Shown in pieces: positions 43,725 to 57,825 of a stretch of 64,000 nt of DNA. Position 1 is the first letter of the stretch. Every line of letters starts with the position of its first letter. The notes beneath the pieces were generated by a model that saw only the letters and a list, made by a program, of their open reading frames with translations, was not told where the DNA came from and made no database searches. Origin of the DNA: Antedon mediterranea (lineage: Eukaryota; Animalia; Echinodermata); contig NC_092675.1 of NCBI RefSeq assembly GCF_964355755.1, positions 3,839,812-3,903,811 of the forward strand, in the 5' to 3' direction. The translations under genes and the position numbers were made by a program.

Positions 43725-45530
43725 CCATTTCTAGATTTTACCATTTTCTTTTGCCAATGCATGAATATATAGACACCAAACATAATTACCTCAGAAAACT
43801 TTTGTTCCATGAATAAAAAGGCATGCATGTTACAAATTCCATGATCATTGCTTTCCCCTACCCCTATGCAAAATCTCTGTTCCACTCCTGCAATTTTCAA
43901 AAATAAAATACATTATACATTAATAATATTAATGTTGAAATAAGCATAATTTGTTCACATTAGCTTCATAGATTAGTAAATATTTAAGTTCATTATAAAT
44001 ATTTGAAGACGTATCAACAATTTATATCATTAAAGGTGTTGGAGTAAAACTATTTAGGATTAGTATGATAGGAATCGCACACCTATATGATGCAAAATGT
44101 CGGTTCCATCTATATAATGTTCAAAATGCGTAATAATATTCAAAGTGTTATAAAGGATGAAAATATAAGTTATTATATAAAATAGTATTATAGTTTTATT
44201 AGTGGATTAAATGAGATCAAACTATTAAATTGATTTTAAATCTGTAGGATGTATTACAAAAAAAGAAATTTTCCAATATATCAAATATATTTTATATAAA
44301 GAAGGTTTGAGCCTGATAAATGGTAAGTTTGTAAATTGTATGTAAATTATACCCAACAATATGTGATTATTCATCGCTGATAAGCCATTGCGATCTTGGG
44401 TTTAATATGTATGTAAATCAAGCCTTACACGTCCCAGAGTGTTGATGTTGTTTTTGATCAACATCATCGTGAAACGTTCGAAGCTTTGTACACGTTTGAA
44501 ATTTCAAGCTTCAGTTGTTCCCAGTGTTGTCTGATAGCCGAACAGTTACATTAAATTTTGATCGATGCCTAGTTACTGCTATTATTACAATTATTAACGA
44601 AATGACCATTTTCAATTCTGTTGTTATTGTATCAAGCCTTCGGTATTGTAGCTCTTATCATTAAACTTGTGTTTTTCTTGCATTGTCTGCACAGGAATTT
44701 AAGAGGCTCTTCCAATCAACTCTCAATCAAAAGCTTGGACACTATTATGGGATGGAACGTGTTCTGATCAATATATACACCTTCACCAGTGATACGATTG
44801 CGTGTCACGGTAAATTTCCCCCGAGGCTGAAGAATTAGCTCCAATTTCGCACAATAGAGTATCCCACCATGAATTCCTGGCAACAAATTAAAATTGCAAG
44901 ATGGTATATAATCGCACGAATATCATCATACGGCACATTAATAATGAAAAAATCAACTGAATAATCGAGAACCCAATTTCAATTCAATGATTTTTAATCT
45001 GGCGGCGGGGCGTGCAATGATTTAAATGTATTGTTATTTGCAGGATGCGATGTCAAACGAAAGGCTAAACTGAGATTATAGTAGAATAAGTATTATTACT
45101 GGCTGTAATGCCATATTTAATGGAGCATTAGTGCCATGAGGCAGACGCTGATGATTAAGAGGGCGAACTTATTGCATCAACAAAGACAATGATGTTGACA
45201 TTTCAGATGATGCTTCGTAAAAGGACAAAAATTAAAGATATGTTTGATTATCTGAAGCATTTTTTTTTCATTTAACAGATTCATCTTTATACAATAAAAG
45301 GCTATTAAACCTTTAACAGATCTTTAATGACAAATTTACAAAATATTATCAAATTTTACGACAAATAATAATAAAGATTTGTGAAAATAAAAATTTTATA
45401 AGAATGTTTTGTCTTGATGCGAAATCATTTGAAAAATTAATATTTTTATAGATTAGCAGTAAATTAGATTGTGTACATTGTATTGAATGAGATCAGCGTA
45501 TTTTAAATTAGTTGGAAGCTTTGCATGCCT

Positions 45531-47076
45531 ATAGTGGTAGTATGGCAAGGTGGTAGTATGGTGCGTTGGTGGTAAGTATGGCAAGGTGGTGTTAGTATGG
45601 CAAGGTGGCAAGTATGGTATGGTGGTGGTAAGTATGGCAAGGTGGTGTTAGTATTGCAAGGTGGTAAGTATGGCAAGGTGGCAAGGTGGCAAGTATGGTT
45701 TGGTGGTGGTAAGTATGGCAAGGTGGTGTTAGTATGGCAAGGTGGTGTTAGTATTGCAAGGTGGTAAGTATGGCAAGGTGGCAAGTATGTTATGTTGGTG
45801 GTAAGTATGGCAAGGTGGTGTTAGTATGGCAAAGTGGTAAGTATGGCAAGGTGGCAAGTATGGTATGGTGGTGGTAAGTATGGCAAGGTGGTAAATATGG
45901 TGCGTTGGTGGTAAATAATGATAAGGTGGTGGTAGTATGGAAAGGTGTAAGTATGGCAAGGTGGTGGTAAGTATGGCAAGGTGGTGGTAAATATGGTAAG
46001 GTGGTGGTAAGTATGGCAAGGTGGTGGTAGTATGGTAAGGTGGTGGTAAGTATGGCAAGGTGTAAGTATGGAAAGGTGGTGGTAAGTATGGCAAGGTGGT
46101 GGTAAATATGGTAAGGTTGTGGTAAGTATGGTACGGTGGTGGTAAGTAGGGCAAGGTGGTGGTAGTATGGTAAGGTGGTGGTAAGTATGGCAAGGTGGTA
46201 AATATGTTAAAGTGGTAGTATGGCAAGGTGGTAAATATGGTAAGGTGGTAGTATGGCAAGGTGGTAAATATGGTAAGGTGGTGGTAGTATGGCAAGGTGG
46301 TGGTAGTATGGCAAGGTGGTGATAGTATGGCAAGGTGGTAAGTATGGTGTGTTGGTGGTAAGTATGGCAAGGTGGTAAATATGGTAAGGTGGTGGTAGTA
46401 TGGCAAGGTGGTAAATATGGTATAGGTGGTGGTAGTATGGCAAGGTGGTAAATATGGTAAGGTGGTAAATATGGTAAGGCTGTGGTAGTATGGCAAGGTG
46501 GCAAGTATGGTATGGTGGTGGTAAGTATGGCAAAGTGGTAAATATGGTGCGTTTGTGGTAAATATGGTAATGTGGTGGTAATTTGGCAAGGTGTAAGTAT
46601 GGCAAGGTGGCAAGTATGGTATGGTGGTGGTAAGTATGGTATGGTGGTGGTAAGTATGGCAAGGTGGTAAATATGGTGTGTTGGTGGTAAATACGGTCAG
46701 GTGGTGGTAGTATGGTAAGGTGGTAAGTATGGCAAGGTGGTGGTAGTATAGCAAGGTGGTAAATATGGTAAGGTGGTAGTAAATATGGTAAGGTACTGGT
46801 AGTATGGCAAGGAGGTAAATATGGCAAGGTGGTGGTAGTATGGCAAGGTGGCAAGTATGGTGCATTGGTGGTAAATATGGCAAGGTGGTGGTAGTATGCA
46901 AGGTGGCAAGTATAGTGTGTTGGTGGTAAATATGGTAATTTACTGGTAGTATGGCAAGGTGGCAAGTATGGTGCGTTGGTGTTAACTATGGTAAGGTTAT
47001 GGAAGTATGGCAGGGTGGCAAGTATGGTGCGTTGGTGTTAAGGTGGCAAGGTGGTGGAAGTATGGCATGGTGGTAA
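45531..47076. repeat. ~1.5 kb complex G/T-rich minisatellite (core AAGTATGGCAAGGTGGTGGT, 16-20 bp variable units)
   Basis: Direct inspection; explains the P/T/H/Y-rich minus-strand ORFs. Confidence 0.97.
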
Positions 47077-50000
47077 ATGTCATTTCTATCCATCATTAGG
47101 TTTAAAGGATGTTGATACAATTTCTATTTTCAATTTTATTTGAGAATTTATATGACCAATTCACTTTTGTAAAAGGTTAATTGGTTAATTTTTAAACTAG
47201 TGACCAATACACAACCAAATATAGTAACTGATCTCAATTTAATTTGAAGTGCATATTTTTTTAAATCTATACTTGTTATCATGTTGTCATTTAAGGAGAA
47301 TAATAATATTGAAATTAGGCAAGTACGTTAATCGATTACTCCCCCATATATCTTTTCTACCAACTCCATTATCATCTGTCACCAGCATCCATGCAACTTG
47401 CCATCATCTTTATCTCTTAGCTAATTGCCTTACCTTAACATCTAATCTATCATCTTAATCAACGATCACTAATAATTATTTGTTAGAGATCCCGATTAGT
47501 GAGTTTCCCTATGTATACGAACTGTTTTGATAAACATTATTATTAAATTGAGACTAAACATATTGTTAAGTCTTTGCGCTCATCTGTATCGGATGTTTAA
47601 GGTCGTCTAAGATTACTTCGTGATTCAATTTGAAATTAAGCAACACAAGTTGATGCTGCGTTCGAACATAATTTCATTATCGTCTTCCATATGTCAAATT
47701 TTAAAACCTCTAAAAACGTTTTTAAATCATTTATATTTTATTGATATTATTAATTTTGTTTTGTTTGTTTTATTTTATTTGATTTCCACAAATAATACAT
47801 AATATTATTTCTTTATAAATAATTAGTTATGTATAAATATAGATATTTTTGCACTGGAATCCTGAATTCTCTCCTATGTATAGGTATACAAAAGATAAAG
47901 CAAATAAATTAAAAGGCATAACAAAAAAAACAAATAACTATAATACCAAAAAAAAATACCAACTAGTTTGTCTATCTCTAAATATAAAAATCTAAAACAA
48001 TATAAATACGTCTGTTTATAATTCATAATTCAGTTTCTCTAAAAACAATTGTCTTTAAAATAAATAAATACAAATATTTTCTTGCATTTCTAATAATTAA
48101 TGTAAAAACGATTTTTTCTTTCAATCTATATGTATGCATATATTTCTATGTATTCATACAAACACTGATCAAAATGATTATTTAAAAACATTCAAAATCT
48201 GTTATTTGACATTTGAAAGCAAAATACTAAGTTTAAAGTTCAATATTGAAAATGCAGATCACGAACAATTTAAAACATTGCTAATAATTTAAAATTAGGC
48301 AAACGACTTAAAATTTTATAATCTGCAACCATTTCTTAAGGTAATTGCTATAACTCATGACAAAGATCCGTTCTGGTTTTAAGAATACACATTTTATATG
48401 GCCATTAATTAATGAAAAAAAAATCAAAATGTCCCTCCCAATAGCTAGCAGCGAATAACTCCACATAAGACAAATGGACCGCCAGTGCTAACCTTCTTTT
48501 TATGACCTTCTATAACAGAACATAAAAAAAAATTGCTTTCGTAACATAACAAATTTTAACCCAATGCAACATATATCTATTAGTATAAACTGCTTTCAAA
48601 ATTCATTTCAACAGACTGAGCATTAAAAATAATTAAACATTGTACATGATATGTAATGAAATTGTAGCTTCGTGGTAATTATGTTATGGTTGCTTACCGA
48701 TCCTAGAGTATTTGGTTCAAATCGTGGTACAATCTCCGTATTCTCATGGCCAAAACATTATTTAAACATTTTGTCGTTTAAACATTTAACCTATTCAAAT
48801 GAATAACTAGCAAATTATAATAATTATTTTTTTTTTAATCTCTTATAATTGTATTAGATTTAAAATTATTAACTTTGTTCCACTATTATGTTATTGTGAT
48901 TTGGGATGCAACATTTGAGGTATAATTTCTGCTATAAATAAAAAATCAACTGAAATTTGCCTAAACTTCATTTTCTTAGAATTTTAAGAAGCTGAGCATA
49001 ATTGTTGTTAGAAATATATTTATTTGGTCTGTTCTTATTCTCTCAAACTACTAAATGTAAATGTATTCTCTAGAAAATGATTAAATTTGATCATGCACTC
49101 TGCCTATAGTGTTCAGTAATGAAACGATGTGACCCTTAGGGGAGAAGAATGTTGTTGAAAAGGTGTAACATCTAAGTCCACAGCACTCTGAAATAGCGCT
49201 ATATAAATGTCATATTATATATTCAGCATAACAGGAGAACAGGATCCTATACTCCAATAGTTTTTCTTCAATTGTTTACATGTCTTTCCAAACTGTACCA
49301 ACGGAAGAACAAGACAATGAGAGTAAGCATCTAGCCACAGGACATAGACACGATGGCACAGGCTAGGCAGGTTGCGCCTTCCAACACACAAGTGCTATTC
49401 ATTACATTTATACCATCTATAGAACTTTGATGATCTCAGCTTACAATGTTATACGGCAGCGAGTGAGGTTGTGGCTCATCTGGTCTGCACGTGGACCTTT
49501 ACCCTCAAAATCTAATCACAACATTTTACATATACTTGATTGATGATCCTGTATACTTCTGGTTATTCATGATAAAAGCCGAGGGCATCACTTTAGGCTG
49601 TTCTATATTCTACTTTCATTAGCCCTATTTAAGAATGTACACATATTTACGAAAGTAGAACATTCCTTACAGGTTGATTGGATATTACAAACGGTTCATC
49701 TTCTCTCGTTTTTTTGTTGGACACGTTCAAGAGGAAGCAATAAACGTGGAACATTGTCAGATTAAATGACTGTATAATTATATTATTTATTATGTATTAT
49801 CTATCTATTATAACTGACCTACTTTCTACTTGTCTCATTATACTTAAACTATACTATTATCAATTTCAAGATACAGATTTGCAATATTGTTTGCTCGAGT
49901 TCGTGGGCAGGTTGGGATGGATTTAAGGCTGGTGATTAGTTGCTGATATTGAGAGAATAAACGGTATTAATTGTTATTATTATATGTCCATGTCGAATAC

Positions 50001-50126
50001 TACTACTACTTTTGAGTTTGAAATAAATTATGTTACAGAATGACTTCATTGTACAACCAAAAAAAAACCCGGAGAAATTCTATCTCACACTATTAAATAA
50101 AATATATTGTACATAATTGATTGAAA

Positions 50127-50410
50127 TTTATATTTATACTGGGTAACCTCTTCAGTCAAAGACTGATCTCCCAGAGGGCCCAGTTGGTGATCAGTGGCTG
50201 TGATGTACTAATACACCGGGGTAACCCCCTATTTGTCTCAAAAGATGTACTAGGTTCTTTAAAGTGCACACGAGCTAGATGTGTACACTGGACCTACGGT
50301 TTATAGTCCTTATCCGAGAAGACTCAGTGAGTGAGCCTCGAACCCCTGCCGATGTTATGGCTACGTAATTACGGTTCCACTGTCTTAACCGCTCGGCCAC
50401 TCACTCGGCC
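50127..50410 (-). mobile_element. tRNA-derived SINE with a Deu/Nin-like central domain, copy 2 (near full length)
   Basis: Minus-strand head GAGTGGCCGAGCGGTTAAGAC (A box)...GGTTCGAGGC (B box); body shared with 28177-28493; A-rich tail. Confidence 0.85.
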
Positions 50411-50854
50411 ACAATATCATAGAAACTCTGAAAGGTTGTTTGTTCATATAAAAACATTAAGTAGGAGATACTCCCCCATAAATGTCTATTCTCCAAGATA
50501 AACCTCTTATTTTAATTATTTAATTCACTTGCTTCCAGAAGTTAATAAAGTAAACTGGATCTTCCAATGAGGATTTACTTTTACATGTCACTGTTTTGAA
50601 AACAACATATTCCTAGAAACCCTTTTAATAAATGAAGATATATGTTACTGAATAAGATGCACTACACCATGTCTACGCAATCACTTAATAGGAAACATTC
50701 ATTTGCTTGCTTATACTTTTATTGTTTATGTTGTGTCTGGATTGCTAATTTTTCACATTTAAAAAATATGATATAAACATATTAATGTTTTCTGTTCTAT
50801 ATCATTCTATTAATGTATAAAATTAAGTTATGTATATTAAAAAGAAATGGTTAA

Positions 50855-51407
50855 ACTTGATTTACCTTGATTTAGTTTGACCTTTAGACTATAAACCTGT
50901 TAAGGTTTGTGAGTCCCTCTTTGAACATCTTGGTTATATGGCTCAAACTTTAGGTTGTGGGTTTTCCAGTGTGTTTCAAGATGGGTTTTAAAATTATTTA
51001 TAGAGGATGCATTTACTATATGATATGGCAAACTATTCCAATCATTTACTGCAGATATTGAAAAGAATTTCTGTCTGTGTTTCGATTTACTATGAACTTT
51101 TTTAATTTTAAAATTGTGGCCTCTAGTTACAGTAGATGGTGCTAATTCAAAAAAGACACCCGGATTAACATTATCATACTTTTGTATCATTCTAAAAATC
51201 TGTAAGCAGCAAGACCTCTTTCTTCGAAATCCTAATGATGGCAGTTTCATAAAATTTCATTCGGTCACTATATGGTTGAGTTTTAATTTCAACAGCAAGT
51301 TTTGTGGCTCTTTGCTGAACTTTTTCTAAGAGAATAGAATCACCAACAAACTGAGGAAGACAAGCCGTACTAGAATATTCTAAAATCGGTCTAACTTCAT
51401 CATACAT
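50855..51407 (-). mobile_element. 5'-truncated, frameshifted CR1-clade LINE (ORF2 C-terminus and 3' tail)
   Basis: VRPILEY...LEKVQQRATKL and TRGHNFKI...FFSISAVNDWNSLP..IVNASSINNFKTHL are typical CR1 ORF2 C-terminal motifs, split across two frames; short (AAATCAAG)-like tail. Confidence 0.92.
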
Positions 51408-54400
51408 TGTTAAATATATTATAACTAACTAAACTAAACAATTTAGATTTTGTATTCAATTCACATTTTATTTAGTCCTGGTTTATAATTACAATTTCAG
51501 TATATAATTGATGGAAAGGATTCTGCAATAAGAAGTTTACAATTCAGTTTTCGCAGGACACTTTTACATAAAAACAAAAAACAATAAAACACAACATAAA
51601 TTAAATAAAAGTTAGAAAGAAACGACATTTCCTATATACATTTTAGTGTTGTTCATCAGCATAAAGCGATAAATAGTGTTTTTTAAAATGTTTTATTTAT
51701 ACGTTTACTTTTTTAAAAAAAATATTCAGTTTATTAACACCAATACTTGTATCTTTCCACAGGTTTGGTCCATACATTTGTATAAATTGTTGACTGCAAG
51801 TCAATCTCGTGAAGGGAATTTCGAATTAAGTTTCTGTTCTGAGGTTATGAGTAAAACTGGCACAGGAGAATTTGATCATTTTAACAATACTTTAAAATTA
51901 GCAATTGTAATTTATGTTTTTGTTTTATATTTGGCCAATTCCAGGGGAACAATACATCATGAAGGTTTGGTATCTATTAGTAGATGGCTAACAGAAGATA
52001 CCAGGAGTAATGAACTAATAGTCTAATTAACTGAGGGAAAATCATCAATAAAAAGCTGCAAGCTAGCTATTAGGCACACAGAGTAACTAAATAGTGCATA
52101 CATTGAAATGCACAGGAGAAATTACTTAAGTCTTGGTAAGTAGTTATCTCAAAGTGTTTCACGAAATGGACAATTCTAACGAGCCTCCTTGATACATTTA
52201 TATGCGATGCCTAGAAGCAATGCTCCACGTATGCGTTATGGCTACAAATTGCTTCAACATCACGTTTGTTTTTGTGTGTTACTACTTCTTCTTGTCCGCT
52301 AATCATGGACGATTACATGAGGTCATGTGGTTAATAGTAGGATGTGTACAATTGGTTCAGACTTCTAGATAAGTCTTTACTTTGAACTTTTGACCTTTCA
52401 AATTAAATCTTTTCGTTACGCCAAAAACAAAAGCCGGCATACATAAAGACATGATTAAAGAATAATATATTTAAATATAGACTATGTATTTGAATAATTT
52501 TGTATTTAAGTTTGATGTGTGATAAAATTTTGTGTCTATCATTACACTACATTGTCATACTGTATTTGTAAGCTATTAGTAAACCATAATATGTTTTTGC
52601 ATATAATGTACAAATATATAACTTCTATTCTTTCACCACTAATTAAAGATATTAAGTAAAACCACTATCAAGTGGACATAGCACCTTACGGATGCAACAA
52701 AATGTCACCCTAATAAGAGTTTCTTTAAATGTCCCAAAAAAGTGGTTCTATTGTAATTTTCATTTTTCTTGAAGACTTTTTTTAACTGTTATTAATTTCA
52801 ATATCTAAAATGAAAACTACTTTAATATTACTATATGCTATGTATATTATTTACTACTTTCAATTATTTATCTAGACATATTTAATTTATTTATATTTGT
52901 TCATTTTTAAGTGTTAATTTTGTCATTTAAATCCAAATAATATATACCCACTTTTAACCAAAAGATTTATAACATTATTATGGCCTACTTTGTGATATTT
53001 AATTAATGGCTTTTAATATATTGTAACTTTTTACTTAATAGACTGCTTCTGTCTCTCACTCTATGATTTACAAATGCTCCACTGTATCATTATCTGTTAT
53101 GGGTCCCCTTTCACCTAGTTCTCGTACAACGAGCTTTGGGCCAATCAAATTAACAATGTCTCTACCCTGTTTTGTTACTAGGCATTTTACCTACAGACCT
53201 ACTTAATTTCTAGGCCGCCCTTAAACCTTCCTGCTAAGTCTGTTCTTCCTCTAATTACAATAAATTATCAAAACTTTATATGATTAATATCATCGTATAT
53301 ATAACAGATTAATACGTACATAGTTCAAGCCAATGGTGACAGTAGATCGGATGGAAAGTTCTTCTTCATACTTTCTCATATTAATGTTGAAAGCATGGCT
53401 GACCTATTCAACTGGTTCTGCCTAGTTAAATATAACAGTCGAATACCATCATGAAAATATTCTTCCTATTCAACTCATAAATATTCAATAGCTGTATCAT
53501 GTAAATATGCTAGATCTATTACATTTTTTACCATTTAATTGTTATTATTCACAAAATATATAACTATAAAAATTTGAAGAAAAAAATTATACAATTGTAA
53601 ACTTCAGAAAAATGAGTACTTAAGCAGGTTAAAGAATGGGAATGGGCTATGATATACAAGAAACTTTATTCGTCTTCTAAAAAAGATTATGATTTAAATA
53701 AATAATAAGAAGTGTAAAAAGTATACAGTTGAAAAAGACAAGTTTAAAATTAGTTTCAAAGAAAAAAAGATTAAAAATCCTAAAATGGCAAATTTAGATA
53801 CCCATATGATATCTTGTTAATAAACAATCTTTTGATTAAAAAAAGATTTGTAATCTAACGTGGCAGAACCTGTTTAAGCATCATTCACATGTACTTTGAA
53901 TTTTCATTACATTAGAAAAAAAAATGCAGTAAGTATTAAAAAACCTTGAACTTGTACCACTACAGCAGGCTTTACAATTCTTTTCTATCGTTTTACGATG
54001 AGAAATCTTTTTAACGACAAGATTTTATTTCTACTAATTTTCAAAAATTGTAAAAATAATAAAATTCTAAGAATTGATGAGCACATAGAATAGTGAATTA
54101 AAACGGAAAGAAAGAATTATATTTATTTATTCTGAAAATAATTTTAATCATGCAAAAAAATGCAAGCTTGTTCAGATTTCTTGTTTGTTTTCCATTTCAT
54201 TCATATGACAGATTTTTAAGGTTACAATATTTATTTTTTATTTTTTAAATTTCTAATATGGCTGAAAAAAGATTTTTGCAAAAACTGATGCATGTTTTAC
54301 AGAATTTGTATATATTTACTTCATGTATTTTGTCTTAAGCATTCGTAAAATTAAACTGGTGCGTGCGTAAAATTCTGCTGTCTATGTTTACTCTGTCTAT

Positions 54401-57400
54401 ACGATGGGTTAGAATATAATTAAGTGAAATCAGGTATTGATATAAAACAGTAGCCGGAGGATTGTTTTAAAGAAAAAACTAGGTTGCGATCATGTAGATA
54501 TGTATAATAAATAAAAAAGATGACAGAATGCACATTACAAATAAAATGTAGGTGCTCAATTTGACATTCTTTCAGTTAAATTATTTAAATTTTGCTATAC
54601 ATTTTTTTGTATAAATAGTAACTTGTTAATATTATTATTATGTAGTAATATAAATAATATTTGTATTGTTAGTAGTATTCTACTCCATAATAGTATTATA
54701 AATAACAATGATAAAAGATAAATAAATAAAAGCCTTAAGCTAAAGCACCACCCAACAGAAACATACTCCTATGTAGAGTGGTGCTACCATAAATATTTAT
54801 ATAAACATTACAATAATACAAATTATTTATTTAGTGCTACAGTAGATATCATTGTTATTAGTTATTATTTTAATTTCGTTTGATGTATTTATTTTACATT
54901 TATTTATTTTAAAGAAGACAATACTATTTCTAAATTTAATCATAAGTGAATTGATAATAATTTGAATAAAAATGTTATATTTAATAATTAATTTGTAGTT
55001 TTCTCATATATATTTAGCCTTTTAGATATATTTTTGGAAACTAAAAAACTTTGAAAAACAAATAATAATATAATACTTGTGTTTAATTGTTGTTTGTATT
55101 TATATAATTAAATAAAAAGAGTCGATAAAAATCATATTTTAATATAAAGTATAGCATAAAATATAAATTTTGAATTGTTTAAAATTATAAGAATCTATTA
55201 CACAATTTGTAATTATGGTTAAAAACCTTTGCAATGTGAAAATCTCATAATTTGTCTTGCATGAATATACTCATCCATTTTTCATTAAAAGAAGCTCTTT
55301 CGGGTGTTTATACAGTCACAGTAAGCCTTAAGGAAGATTTAAACCTCCGACCTTACAATTACGCTGGAGTGTAATGCTTAAGAGCCGCGCATTTACGTAT
55401 AACGTTAAGATTGGAATTATACATCATAACATCCCATTTCAAATATTAAAAAGGATGAAATGTTTATATAATGTTCGTCAAAGGTGGATTTGTAAAAATA
55501 ATTTGTCTAAATAAAATGCAACTGAATGAACTTTGTGAAAGTTCACCAAGATGCTAGCTAGAAAATATTTCAACCATTTTAGAAAATTGAATTTCATTTT
55601 ATTAAAATGAACTTTATCAAGTTATTTCAAACTATGTGCTCAGAAATCAAATGTGATTATTTAGTACAAAGTTATAATAGCTTAAAATTTTAAAGTGAAT
55701 CATTTATTAATACACTTTCTACTGATATATACTGTAGACTCCTTTTGTACCTGCTGTATGTGGCATATTTATGTCTTCTGATATTTTATCTTAAATAATT
55801 TAATAAATAAAAACGTTCAGTTCAGTGTACAGTTTTATATATAGAGGGAAAAAATAAATAAATACAAATAAAAGCTTCAATTTCAGTTTTTATGTCTAGT
55901 TTTATCTTTTGGTGACATATGTAATAAAAATATGTAATTATTTAATGTAATATTACCTTTTATGTTGTGTTACAATGCTGGTCTTCAATTAAAAACCACT
56001 TTGTAATAAGACTTGTCTTTGGTAGGTTTGGTCACTGCTTAGAATCACTTTCTGAACCCACAACCTGCCATAGAGATAGAGTTAATAGTAAATGGTTAGT
56101 AAATATTCGCATGTTATGTGGATTTAATGCAAAAGAATACAGGCTTCACTTTTGAGGAAATAAGGTACATTATTAAGTCCGTCAAAAAAGCTTGATAGAT
56201 ATTTACTGTAGTTACATTAAAAGGAATGAAATATACAAGAATTATATATTTCAACAATATATTAAAATAAATTGTTGACAACAGCAAGTAAATGAATATA
56301 GTGCATTGTTTGTGTGGAGTAATGAAACACAACCATAACCTAGTTTCACTTTAACAAACTAGTTGTTTATGAATATTCAAGTAAATGTTACATTAATTGT
56401 AACTATGTTTTGAAGTAAGTAGGCTAGTTTATCATATTATATTTGATGTTAAATGATAATGATACATATTGATTTTCTCTGTAGTGTAAATTATTGTAGT
56501 AAAACAATGATTTACTTCTATATTGTTTAAAACATCATCAAAAGATTGGGAAGCTACTGTAATACTCTGATTATATATATATATTAAATGAGAGGGTTTG
56601 TGAAAATAATAATTATAATTTCAGGTCCTAACTTGGAAAAAAATAAATATGAGGAAAATGTATTATAAGAGAGCTATTAAAAAAAAGAAAAATCAAATAC
56701 AACCATAGAAGGCGCTATTTTAAATTATCAAGAATCAGCATCTATAGTAAACAATGGGTATGTCTGGTACGTGGTACAGTATGCTGCCGTGAATTTCATC
56801 TATAGTTATCCAAAAGGGATCAAGAGAGCATAAATTGTAAATTGTTTTAAAATCATTATAATATATTCAAAATAATCAAAATAAATTGCACCAAAGAACT
56901 CCTGTCATTATATGAAGATTTAGGTCTATAATTTACTACTCAGTTTATATATGTAGTTTGGGGTAGACCATGGATAGACTTAGCAGGTTTATCCAGAAAG
57001 TTTGAAGAGATGAAGATGACCATATACGATGACATAATTTAGTTTCCTAGAGTTCTCATTCCCCCCTCCTCATCCTCTCTATATGCTTTTCATTTCGGTA
57101 AGCATAATGTTTGTTTTGTTTCAATTAAGGGAGGTGCATCCTAAGCCTCCTAGAACAATCCTAACAGAATAATTGATTTCTTTATAATCCTATTGTCCAT
57201 TTGAAGCTGATTACCAGCTGGTCAGCTGTTCAGTCTTAAAGTTTACCTATTATAAATGTTATTATTACACACATCACTGAAACAACATGAAAAATAAAAA
57301 AATACTTTATCAACAAAATTAATTAGGCAAATGGAATTGGTTACATTACTGAGTAATCTTCAGATACATAGACATTTTTTTTCTCTTTCTTTACCCTACA

Positions 57401-57684
57401 CAGTAATCTTCTATAAAGATACCTTTCATTTGAATTTTTGTGTTTGTACTTTAAGTAATATTATTGTACACACAGTAATTAGTGAATGTAATTGCTATAC
57501 CTATAACACTGATTGAGTATAAATAGATTTCTAAGAACTCCGAATCAGTATTGTAATGTTGAAATGATTGAGGTATTGATTGGTGTATTATTTTTCATAA
57601 ATTAAAAAAAAAAGATTTCTGAGAACGAGGAATCAATTATAGTATCCAAATGTTAATGATAATAAAGTATTATTTGTACGGTTA

Positions 57685-57825
57685 AACTTGGTTCCCACTA
57701 GGACACGACGTAAAAGCGTGCTGACCAATGATATGCGACAGTTCGAATAATTCATCACTTTTCATTGGTCAACTCACTTACGTTGCGTTACGTCCTTGTG
57801 TTGCATCTCTACTGAAAACCAAGCA
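57685..57825. mobile_element. Harbinger-like MITE, degenerate
   Basis: Ends AACTTGGTTCCCACTAG / CTACTGAAAACCAAGCA, related to the TIRs of 59486-59688. Confidence 0.65.

Noticed and set aside
45503-46965. 390-aa and other extensin/mucin-like ORFs on the minus strand
   Set aside because: Open in all frames because the minisatellite lacks stop triplets; no splice or promoter context
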